Of a stretch of DNA of 64,000 nt, positions 56,787 to 64,000 are shown in pieces (position 1 is the stretch's first letter; every line of letters starts with the position of its first letter). Source of the DNA: Candidatus Woesearchaeota archaeon. GTDB taxonomy: Archaea; Nanobdellota; Nanobdellia; Pacearchaeales; GW2011-AR1. The stretch lies in NCBI GenBank assembly GCA_964612685.1, contig CAZTCF010000001.1:83399-147398 (forward strand), written 5' to 3'. The notes under the pieces are model-generated. The model saw nothing but the letters and a program-made list of their open reading frames with translations, did no database searches and was not told where the DNA came from. The position numbers and the translations under genes were made by a program.

Positions 56787-57091
56787 ATTTTATTGATTTG
56801 GAATTGAAGAATGCCTTTGAATATTTAGAAAAATCAGATCCAAGACTCTTCAAAGAGGTAAATAAAGCAATACAAGAAATATGCCAAAATTCTTTTTGTG
56901 GAAGAAATGTAAAGAAAAAATTAATTCCTAAAGAGCTTGTTCAAAAGCATAAAATAGACAATCTTTGGATTTATAACTTGAGGAAAGACTGGAGACTTTT
57001 ATATTCTGTTGGTAGAGACGAAATTGAACTTATAGCAGTTATTCTTGATTGGATGGATCATAAAGATTATGAAAAATTATTCAAATTCTAA
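56771..57091 (+). CDS. RelE/ParE-superfamily toxin-like protein
   Basis: The C-terminal pattern NLWIYNLRKDWRLLYSVGRDEIELIAVILDWMDHKDYEKLF parallels archaeal RelE (LYR.R.GDYR.IY.V....I.IL.I..R..AY). Confidence 0.55.
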   Translation: MECKVNFIDLELKNAFEYLEKSDPRLFKEVNKAIQEICQNSFCGRNVKKKLIPKELVQKHKIDNLWIYNLRKDWRLLYSVGRDEIELIAVILDWMDHKDYEKLFKF

Positions 57092-57108
57092 ATTTTAACC
57101 AATCTGTT

Positions 57109-57136
57109 ACTAAGTTAAACCTTAGGTTGAATTTAC
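57109..57136 (+). repeat. Right copy of the 28-nt repeat, abutting the right 19-nt att-like repeat
   Basis: See 56384-56411. Its last base (57136) is the first base of the 19-nt repeat. Confidence 0.8.
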
Positions 57137-57154
57137 GGCCGGGGCGTTTATCCT
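57136..57154 (+). repeat. Right copy of the perfect 19-nt direct repeat (tRNA-Glu 3' fragment)
   Basis: cggccggggcgtttatcct is identical to 49836-49854. No tRNA body lies upstream of it. Confidence 0.9.
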
Positions 57155-57199
57155 CCTTTTATAGGATAAATATAAAAGTTTAATTTGTGTAAAATTCTA

Positions 57200-57805
57200 A
57201 TGAAAAAAATAGCAATTGATGTGGTTTTGTTACCCTCAGAAGAGATGGTGGATAAAGCAATTGAGATTAACAAGGAGTTGCTTAAAGATTATGAAAACAA
57301 AATTGTTTTAGACAAACAGAAGTGTTTACCCCACATTTCTTTATGCATGGGGTGTGTAAATGAAGAGGATATTCCTGAAATAGAAAATGTTTTAAGAGAT
57401 ATTTCTCTGGATTTTTCAAAGATAAATCTTTCTGTAGATAAATTAGAAAAAGAGACAATACCTACTGGTAAGATTGTCTCTGGAATGAGTATTGTAAAGA
57501 CAGATATGATACAATCCCTTCATGAAGATATAATGAAAAAGCTGTGGAAGTTTTTATCTTATGAACCCGAAATATCTATGCTATTTAATCCTCCTGAAGT
57601 TGAAGAAGTAACTCTTTATTGGATAAAAAATTATAAGGACAAATATAATAATTCTTCTCTGTTTAGTCCACATATAACTGTTGGTTTTGGAGAAACAGAT
57701 AAGTTTCAATTCCCGATATCATTTACTGCTTCAAAATTAGCTATGTGTCAACTTGGGAATTATTGTACATGTAGAAAAGTTTTATTTTCTCATAACCTTA
57801 AATAA
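57200..57805 (+). CDS. 2H phosphoesterase superfamily protein (LigT / 2'-5' RNA ligase-like)
   Basis: Two H-x-T/S motifs in the expected spacing: PHISLCMG and PHITVGFG. The ATG at 57200 is preferred over the TTG at 57185. Confidence 0.55.
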   Translation: MKKIAIDVVLLPSEEMVDKAIEINKELLKDYENKIVLDKQKCLPHISLCMGCVNEEDIPEIENVLRDISLDFSKINLSVDKLEKETIPTGKIVSGMSIVKTDMIQSLHEDIMKKLWKFLSYEPEISMLFNPPEVEEVTLYWIKNYKDKYNNSSLFSPHITVGFGETDKFQFPISFTASKLAMCQLGNYCTCRKVLFSHNLK

Positions 57806-57832
57806 TAAACTTGTGGATATTTTGGAATATGA

Positions 57833-58438
57833 TTACTTTCCAAGTTTCTTTTTTATTTCTTTTCCTAAATAGTATGCAGAACCAAAGAATATAACTCCTG
57901 GAAGGAATGCAATTCCGAGAGTAGGAATCAGCAAGCTTGTTCCTATTGTTCCTATTGTTCCTGCTCCAACTGTTTCTAGTATCTTAACTGCATGTGATAC
58001 ATTTTGTTCAACATTTCTTTGAAGAGCATCAATTTGCATTATCATCTTTCCTTTTCTTAATATTCTTACTTTTTTATCCTCTTCTGATATTATAACAACT
58101 AAATTATCTCCTGTTGCTGCACTTATTGCTGCGGAGTGTCTTGTTCCAAAATTTTTGAATACTTTTGTGGATTTTATTCTCACCCCGTATGCTGAAACAA
58201 ATCCTTTTTTATTTATTATAACTGCACCATCCATTAAGGCTAACGATTCTAATAGTTTTGGATTCTCTACTGCTTTAAATGGAGGAATTGATTGATTAAC
58301 AAGTGGGCTGTACTTTGTTTCTCCCACAACGAAAAGTGCTCCTTCTCCTCTTTTTGCAATTCTTAATCCCACTTGTATGAGTGTTTCTTCAAGTTTTTTA
58401 GAATCTTTGTCTTTTTTAGTAGTATTTTTTTCTTTCAT
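57833..58438 (-). CDS. Diadenylate cyclase (DisA_N/DAC domain) with a C-terminal membrane anchor
   Basis: GALFVVGE, DGAVIINKKG (DGA motif), GTRHSAAISA (RHR-type motif), then the hydrophobic tail TIGTSLLIPTLGIAFLPGVIFFGSAYYLG. Confidence 0.7.
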   Translation of the reverse strand: MKEKNTTKKDKDSKKLEETLIQVGLRIAKRGEGALFVVGETKYSPLVNQSIPPFKAVENPKLLESLALMDGAVIINKKGFVSAYGVRIKSTKVFKNFGTRHSAAISAATGDNLVVIISEEDKKVRILRKGKMIMQIDALQRNVEQNVSHAVKILETVGAGTIGTIGTSLLIPTLGIAFLPGVIFFGSAYYLGKEIKKKLGK

Positions 58439-58522
58439 AAATTTGGAGTGTTCATAAGGATATATAAATTTTTCTTATCGTTAGGTTTTAATAGTGTTTT
58501 TTATTTGATTTTTGGGTAGGGA

Positions 58523-58595
58523 AGCCCCGTAGTACAGTGGTCAAGTATACAAGCCTCTGAAGTTTGTGACCCAGGTTCGAATCCTGGCGGGGCTA
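58523..58595 (+). tRNA. tRNA-Gln (anticodon CUG)
   Basis: Manual fold: acceptor AGCCCCG/CGGGGCT (A1:U72), D arm GTAC/GTAT, anticodon stem CAAGC/GTTTG with loop CT-CTG-AA, T arm CCAGG-TTCGAAT-CCTGG, discriminator A. Confidence 0.85.
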
Positions 58596-58641
58596 TATTA
58601 ATTATAGAAATATTTTTATACTAACTTACGTTTAACTTTTT

Positions 58642-58974
58642 ATGGTGAACGCAACTCTTATTTTACTTTTGGTGTTTGTTGTTGCTATTTGGTTATTTAT
58701 TGAATTCAAGAGATTTAGACATAAAATTGTTGCTGTTTTTCTTATTCTCCTAATTGTTTTCACTTATTTTAGTTTTGTTTCTGTGGTAAAGGGAAAAGAT
58801 TTGGATTTAATGAGCATTGATGGAGCTAAGGAAGCAGGAAGGTTATATTTGGTTTGGATTGGACATGCTTTCAAGAATGTTAAAGTAGTTACATCTAATG
58901 TGATTAGTATGGATTGGAGAGGGAACGAGACATTATATGAAATTCCGGAAGAAAATAATTCCGTTCAAGAGTAG
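58642..58974 (+). CDS. Small membrane protein
   Basis: 110 aa with two N-terminal TM helices. Confidence 0.4.
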   Translation: MVNATLILLLVFVVAIWLFIEFKRFRHKIVAVFLILLIVFTYFSFVSVVKGKDLDLMSIDGAKEAGRLYLVWIGHAFKNVKVVTSNVISMDWRGNETLYEIPEENNSVQE

Positions 58975-59035
58975 CTTATAATTTTTAAAAATGCTTTAGA
59001 GTAATATTTATAAATAGTGTTTTATTATACATAAT

Positions 59036-59353
59036 ATGGCTAAGAAAAAGAGGGTTGTTAAGAAAAGGCCTGCTGTTAAGTCTAAATCTGTGAGCAAGTC
59101 TAAGTCTTCAGTAAAACCTCAGTCAAGAATTGAAAGAATATTCTCAAGGTATAAACTTAGTTTAGTTATAAAGAATTTAGTTGTTTTTGTTTTATTGTTC
59201 CTTATTTCTTGGATATTGTATGCTGTAGTTATCTCTAAAGAAAGTGTTCTCTCAAGTTTTTTTGGTTTTCTTTGGGTTGTTTTTGCTTTTGTTTCTTTGG
59301 CATTTTTTATAGCTATGCTTGTCTTGCTGTTATTGAAGTGGATGAGAAAATAA
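59036..59353 (+). CDS. Small membrane protein with a basic N-terminus
   Basis: 105 aa. Lys/Ser-rich N-terminus followed by two TM helices. Confidence 0.4.
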   Translation: MAKKKRVVKKRPAVKSKSVSKSKSSVKPQSRIERIFSRYKLSLVIKNLVVFVLLFLISWILYAVVISKESVLSSFFGFLWVVFAFVSLAFFIAMLVLLLLKWMRK

Positions 59354-59397
59354 TTTTGTAATTGTTTCTTTTTTTTGGGGTTGTATATATTTTTAAA

Positions 59398-59470
59398 AGC
59401 CACAGCCGAGGATTGAACTCGGGACCTTTACCTTACCAAGGTAACGCTCTACCAACTGAGCTACTGCGGC
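59398..59470 (-). tRNA. tRNA-Thr (anticodon GGU)
   Basis: The reverse complement folds as acceptor GCCGCAG/CTGTGGC, D arm GCTC/GAGC, anticodon stem TTACC/GGTAA with loop TT-GGT-AA, T arm CCGAG-TTCAATC-CTCGG. Confidence 0.85.
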
Positions 59471-59533
59471 AGCTGTTCTTTATTTTAATTCCAATCCCAA
59501 CAGATTTATAAAACCTTTTTATTAATAACACTT

Positions 59534-60022
59534 ATGGCTAAAGATGAATCAAAACTTAAGGAATTTAAGGAAAATTATGAGAAAATACAAAAAAAATATA
59601 ATCTTCCAGAGTTTGAAAAACTCAACATAGATTTTTCAATAGAGAAAGTTGCAGATGTTGAGACAGACTTTTTGATAAGAGAAATAGGTAAAATAATGGC
59701 TGAAAAGTTTTCTAGTTATTTGAGATTTGTTGAACTTATGCTTAATCCGGTTAATTCTCCTATGTTCATATTTTCTATGATAAAGACTTTGGGAGAAACC
59801 GAGAAAAAGAAACTTTCTGATTTTTATAAGGAGCTTACCAAAATAGAATTAAGTTTAATTGAGCTTGATATAGATTTCTCTGAGGAAAAAGAAGCAGATT
59901 TTATAAATACCTCTTATAAAACATGGATGGAAATGAAAAAGGATTTTTTGAAGATAATTGACAGAATAAAATCTAATTGGGATAGTAAGTCAGAGAGTAA
60001 CGGCAAAGGTTATTTTGGATAA
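59534..60022 (+). CDS. Hypothetical helical protein
   Basis: 162-aa intact ORF with no motif recognised. Confidence 0.4.
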   Translation: MAKDESKLKEFKENYEKIQKKYNLPEFEKLNIDFSIEKVADVETDFLIREIGKIMAEKFSSYLRFVELMLNPVNSPMFIFSMIKTLGETEKKKLSDFYKELTKIELSLIELDIDFSEEKEADFINTSYKTWMEMKKDFLKIIDRIKSNWDSKSESNGKGYFG

Positions 60023-60043
60023 GGATATTTTGATAATTTAATT

Positions 60044-61696
60044 TTAATTTGTTAACTTTTTGAAAACATCCCTTAATTCTAATTCTAAAATGGAAACGGG
60101 CATTTTTATTTTCCAGTTTTTCAGGATTTTTGGATGTATTTCTCCTAAAATACCAATTTCTTTTTCTTCAAAGATTATGTTTGCTGTTCTTCCTTCAATT
60201 AAATGTGGAGGGGAGTTTTCTACTTCTTTTAGTTCTACTTTTAAGTCTAGAGATTTGAATAGGTAATTTAATATCTGCTTTATCTCTGTGAAGTTTCCAG
60301 GAGTTATTGCTACGGCTAGTTTTTCTCTTTCGTTTATCTTGTTTTTAATATCAAATGTAGTTCCAATTTCAAAGATCTTCTGGGGATATTCTGAATCTAT
60401 ATTTTCGGAGAAGTTCTTTAGAAGGAAAGAAGAAATATCTTTTCTTAATATATTATATTCTGTTTTTGAGTTTTCAAGTTCAACAAATTCATTTTCTTGT
60501 TTTTCTTGGATACCCATCTTTCTAAATTGGTATTCTTTATTTGTTAGATGGTAATTTGATACTTCAAGGAGGTTCAATCCGGTTAAGATTTCTGATATTT
60601 TTCTTTTCATTATCTCTTCAGTGTTTTCCTGTCCTATCGTGGATATACTTGGAATTTCCGGGATAAAATTCTCATACCCATAGGCTATTGCAACATCTTC
60701 TATAATATCTATTTCATGGATTATATCTATTCTCCAAGGGCCTATTTCAACTTCCTTTGTCTTTTGATTATAGTTATGTCCCATGTTTTCTATAAGTTGT
60801 TTTAAATTTTTTTCATCCAAATTTATACCAAGAGTTTTGTTTGTATTCTCTAAAGAGACTTTTATCTTCTCGGATTCAAGAGAAGGGGATATTTTTTCAG
60901 GTGCCCCTTTAATCTCCATTTGGTATATTTTACCCCCCATGTCTGCAAATACCAAAACAAGTATATTCAGACATTTTTTCAGAGTCTTAAAATCAAACCC
61001 AGAACACTCAATAAAGATATCTTTCGTTTCTTGGGTCACTTTTCCAGTTAATTGAGAATTTATTATCGGAGGCATACTTAGAACTTTGTCTTCAGCATCT
61101 AAAAATACTGGGAACTTAGATTTTCCTGCTAATAAATGTGAATATTCTTTTCCAGTGGGGTGTTTTTGCAAAATCTGTAATCCAGACATTTCTCTGTCGT
61201 ATTCTAGCGGAGTGAATTTTATGTAATCCGGTTCAAGTGCTTTAAGAGTTATAGGGAGTTTTATTTTTTCAAGAGGATAGATTCCTATTGCAACTTTTTT
61301 TCTTTTTCTTCCTAAAGTTACATGCAATTTTTCTTGTATCTCTATTATTTCTTTTATTTTATCATCATCTAGTTTTAAATCCTTGATTATTGCACATGCA
61401 GTGTAAGGACGCACATCTTTTGAAGAAGAATCAATTGTTACTCTGTAATTCTTTTCTGGTTTGTTCACTTCGTATTGTCTCATTCCTGGCTTTCTTCCAA
61501 GAAATGCAAGGAAGCTTCTTTTGAATCCCTGATAAGAAAGTAAATCTGGACGATTAGGGAATACTTCTATTTCAATTTCTTCTTCATTAAACTTTTCTAG
61601 GGGAGTCCCAAACATGGATATCTTTTCTTGCATTTTTTCATCTAGCTTCCCTATTTCCTTTTCAAATATTTTTCTGTTAAGGGTTATATTTGCCAT
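60044..61696 (-). CDS. pheT: Phenylalanyl-tRNA synthetase beta subunit (archaeal type)
   Basis: 550 aa with B3/4 and B5 domain patterns (FPNRPDLLSYQGF, WRIDIIHEIDIIEDVAIAYGY). It is in an operon with pheS. Confidence 0.85.
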   Translation of the reverse strand: MANITLNRKIFEKEIGKLDEKMQEKISMFGTPLEKFNEEEIEIEVFPNRPDLLSYQGFKRSFLAFLGRKPGMRQYEVNKPEKNYRVTIDSSSKDVRPYTACAIIKDLKLDDDKIKEIIEIQEKLHVTLGRKRKKVAIGIYPLEKIKLPITLKALEPDYIKFTPLEYDREMSGLQILQKHPTGKEYSHLLAGKSKFPVFLDAEDKVLSMPPIINSQLTGKVTQETKDIFIECSGFDFKTLKKCLNILVLVFADMGGKIYQMEIKGAPEKISPSLESEKIKVSLENTNKTLGINLDEKNLKQLIENMGHNYNQKTKEVEIGPWRIDIIHEIDIIEDVAIAYGYENFIPEIPSISTIGQENTEEIMKRKISEILTGLNLLEVSNYHLTNKEYQFRKMGIQEKQENEFVELENSKTEYNILRKDISSFLLKNFSENIDSEYPQKIFEIGTTFDIKNKINEREKLAVAITPGNFTEIKQILNYLFKSLDLKVELKEVENSPPHLIEGRTANIIFEEKEIGILGEIHPKILKNWKIKMPVSILELELRDVFKKLTN

Positions 61697-61698
61697 TT

Positions 61699-62112
61699 TT
61701 ATTGTTTAATTTTTTTAATTATTTCTTCAAAATTTAATTCATTGTAATCACTTTTAGGCCAGGTATCCAATTTATCATTCTTATATCTTGGAACTATATG
61801 AATATGAAAATGAAAAACAGATTGTTGTGCTTCTTTTCCGCTGGCATGTAAAATATTTATTCCATCTGCATTGAGTTTATTTTTTAATAATATAGATATT
61901 TTTTTACTTGTATCTATTATCTCTTTTAATTCTGATTCGGGTATATCAAATATATTTTCGAAATGATTTTTTGGGATAACTAAGGTATGTCCTTTTGATA
62001 TTGGATTAATGTCCAAAAATGCAATTACGTTTTTATCTTCATATATGCTTTTTGAAGGGATTTCTCCTTTTGCTATTTTGCAGAATATACAATCTTCGTT
62101 TTTGTTTGTCAT
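61699..62112 (-). CDS. HIT-family nucleotide hydrolase/transferase
   Basis: CIFCKI start and the histidine triad HFHIHIVP. Confidence 0.9.
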   Translation of the reverse strand: MTNKNEDCIFCKIAKGEIPSKSIYEDKNVIAFLDINPISKGHTLVIPKNHFENIFDIPESELKEIIDTSKKISILLKNKLNADGINILHASGKEAQQSVFHFHIHIVPRYKNDKLDTWPKSDYNELNFEEIIKKIKQ

Positions 62113-62113
62113 T

Positions 62114-63628
62114 TTATTGTTTCATCCAAAATTTAATTTTTCTTAATTGAGTTAGATTATTCTTATACAGCTCTCTTAAATCCTTTATTTCATAATAATC
62201 CATAATTATTCTATCAAATCCTTGGCCCCACGCTAATACGGGTATATGTTCTCCTAATAATGGTACTGTTATCTCTGGTCTGAACATTCCTGCCCCCCCT
62301 AGTTCAATCCACTTCTTTTTTTCTGGATGAAATACCTCTACTTCAACAGAAGGTTCAGTGTATGGGAAGTAACTTGGTCTGAACCTTATATTATCAAATC
62401 CCATCTTTTTGTAGAATTGTTTTAAATATCCTAAAAGATGTCTGAAGTTCGCATTTCTATCTATAACTATTCCTTCTGTTTGGTAGAATTCAAATCCATG
62501 AGACCAATCAACTGTTTCATTTCTGAAGCACTTTCCTATCGCAAAGAATTTTGCAGGTATTTCTTCTTTTTTTAGATTTGAAAGAGTTTTTGAAGATAAG
62601 CAGGTTGTATGTGTTCTCAAGACAGCTTTCTTTGCTTCTTCTTCATCCCATGAGTATTGCCATCCTTTACTTCCAGAAATCCCCTTTTCATGGGTTTCCT
62701 TTACTTTAGAGATAATTTTTTTGTCAGGTAAATCTATTTTTTTATTTATAAAAAAAGTATCCTGCATTTCTCTTACGGGATGATCTTGTGCAGTAAACAA
62801 TGAATCAAAAACCCAGAATGAACTTTGGGCTATTTCTCCTTTCATCTCTTGGAATCCCATTTCAGTCCATATCTTTCTGGCATAATCTATGGATTGATTT
62901 ACAAAGTGTCTTTTTCCACCATCTATTTCTGGTACTGGGGAAGTAATATCATATCTTCGAAATTTTTTCCCTTTCCAGTTTGATTCTTTCTTTAAAATTT
63001 CTGGACTTATTTGTTCTATCAATTCTTGTGTGTTCAATTTTGATTTTACTATTTCTTTTCCTAATTCTGTTATTTCAATGCTTATTTTTTTATCTTCTTT
63101 TATTTCTATAATTTGTTTTCTACTTTGAAGAGTTTTTAGGGCTAATTGGTGTTCTGGAGCAAGAGAATCGTAATCTGTAGGTAAGAGTTCTAAAAATTGC
63201 TCTTCAAGTGTCTTTTTAGATATTTCTGCTTTACTTGCATTTAGTATTATCTTTCCGTTTTTTAGGTCTATTAATGCTTTCTTTTTCAAAGCTCCAATTG
63301 ATGCCTTGAATTCATCATCAGATAATCCGCTTTCTTTTTGCGCATCTTGTAATGGGATAATGTGTTTTTCGTTTAATATATGTAGGAGTCTTCTTTCTGG
63401 CAATCCTTTTTTAAGGTAAAGTGCTCCATTCACGTCCAGTTCAACTATTTTGCTTTTTATGTATGAGAGTTTTACTATTCCTTTGTTCTGAAGATATTCC
63501 AAAGAACGAATTACTGATGTATTATCTAAATTTGATTTTTTACATATATCTGAGAGTTTATCTCCTAAATGAGGTAAAATTTTCTTTTCATTTGGACTTA
63601 AAGATTCAATTATTTTTTGATTGTTCAT
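62114..63628 (-). CDS. pheS: Phenylalanyl-tRNA synthetase alpha subunit
   Basis: N-terminal winged-helix repeats and a class II core (HPVREMQDTFF, LRTHTT, FRNE, GAGMFRPE). Confidence 0.85.
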   Translation of the reverse strand: MNNQKIIESLSPNEKKILPHLGDKLSDICKKSNLDNTSVIRSLEYLQNKGIVKLSYIKSKIVELDVNGALYLKKGLPERRLLHILNEKHIIPLQDAQKESGLSDDEFKASIGALKKKALIDLKNGKIILNASKAEISKKTLEEQFLELLPTDYDSLAPEHQLALKTLQSRKQIIEIKEDKKISIEITELGKEIVKSKLNTQELIEQISPEILKKESNWKGKKFRRYDITSPVPEIDGGKRHFVNQSIDYARKIWTEMGFQEMKGEIAQSSFWVFDSLFTAQDHPVREMQDTFFINKKIDLPDKKIISKVKETHEKGISGSKGWQYSWDEEEAKKAVLRTHTTCLSSKTLSNLKKEEIPAKFFAIGKCFRNETVDWSHGFEFYQTEGIVIDRNANFRHLLGYLKQFYKKMGFDNIRFRPSYFPYTEPSVEVEVFHPEKKKWIELGGAGMFRPEITVPLLGEHIPVLAWGQGFDRIIMDYYEIKDLRELYKNNLTQLRKIKFWMKQ

Positions 63629-63660
63629 TTTAAAGTATTTTAGTATGAGATAAGAAGTGT

Positions 63661-64000
63661 TTAAAATTCTTTTGTCATCCAGGTTGGCATTCCAAGAATT
63701 AATCCTAAGGACTTCAAATCATAAGTATTTCTAGTGTTTTTCTCTTTTTGGGCAAGAAATCTCATTTTTACTTTATTTTTATTACATAAATTTATATTTT
63801 GCTTAATTCTGGCTAAGATTTCTGCTTTCTTTTTCAAATTTCTTTCTTCAATAATCTCATCAAGGTTTATACCTAATTGAATATTGTTTTTTTTCATTAC
63901 TTTTGCTAAAACCTGATTAAATCCGGAATTCCTTTGCTTTTGGAAGTCTTTTCTGTAATTTAGGTTTATTAAAAGAAGGTCTATTTGTAGTTTTTCAGCA
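63661..64000 (-). CDS. Probable RNase P protein component 3 (Rpp30-like), N-terminus beyond the window edge
   Basis: The frame of ORF 63661..63897 stays open upstream to the window end (AEKLQIDLLLINLNYRKDFQKQRNSGFNQVLAKVMKKNNIQLGINL...). The C-terminal pattern loosely resembles Rpp30. Confidence 0.4.
   Translation of the reverse strand, partial: AEKLQIDLLLINLNYRKDFQKQRNSGFNQVLAKVMKKNNIQLGINLDEIIEERNLKKKAEILARIKQNINLCNKNKVKMRFLAQKEKNTRNTYDLKSLGLILGMPTWMTKEF

Larger units (their letters stand above)
49836..57154. mobile_element. Putative integrated or fossil genomic island at the tRNA-Glu 3' end
   Basis: The island is bounded by the 19-nt repeat that copies the tRNA 3' end. Its cargo is a DUF2080-like (transposon-associated) gene, a giant surface protein and a RelE-like cassette. 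No integrase or transposase ORF is visible inside. Confidence 0.5.

Noticed and set aside
49855-57135. An integrase, transposase or replication gene inside the island
   Set aside because: All six frames were inspected using the ORF track. Only the DUF2080-like ORF, the giant ORF and the two cassette ORFs are present, and none has tyrosine/serine recombinase or DDE motifs.
1-64000. Alternative genetic code (stop-codon reassignment)
   Set aside because: Long conserved genes are intact under the standard code. TAA, TAG and TGA each terminate well-supported genes, for example TAG at 2998 and 15034 and TGA at 8183 and 12928.

Overview
AT-rich, very compact archaeal chromosome segment, about 90% coding, with many start/stop overlaps and apparently leaderless genes. 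All three standard stop codons terminate long ORFs. The gene content is a reduced archaeal core: ValRS, PheRS alpha/beta, aRF1, NAC, Sec61beta, L41e, Rpo11, TFS, family-B DNA polymerase, FEN1, RFC large and small subunits, RadB, topoisomerase IA, Cdc48, MetAP, Trm5, EndoIII and signal peptidase. Together with many small orphan genes, this suggests a DPANN-type small-genome archaeon; that assignment is inference only. Four tRNA genes are present: Lys-CUU, Glu-CUC with a ~99-nt BHB-flanked intron, Gln-CUG and Thr-GGU. Three regions stand out. (1) At 3-2609, a tandem array of at least five paralogous Sec-signal, cysteine-rich small secreted proteins in short and long architectures. (2) At 49836-57154, a 7.3-kb island bounded by a perfect 19-nt direct repeat that copies the 3' end of tRNA-Glu. 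It carries a DUF2080-like gene, a 2,069-aa beta-helix surface protein with about 40 GNxTGFxL sequon repeats, and a RelE-like two-gene cassette with its own 28-nt direct repeats. No integrase is visible. (3) At 9317-15693, a glycosylation cluster with a GtrA/GT2/GT-C-like triad and a processive QxxRW GT2 synthase. Other notable loci are a complete AmmeMemoRadiSam triad, a bacterial-type PduL-AckA pair, a HerA/DUF87-like ATPase next to a possible transglutaminase-fold protein, a tail-anchored diadenylate cyclase and a SpoT-type HD hydrolase. No rRNA, CRISPR array, reverse transcriptase, transposase or integrase was recognised. All calls come from reading the translations and sequence by eye; no database search was possible.
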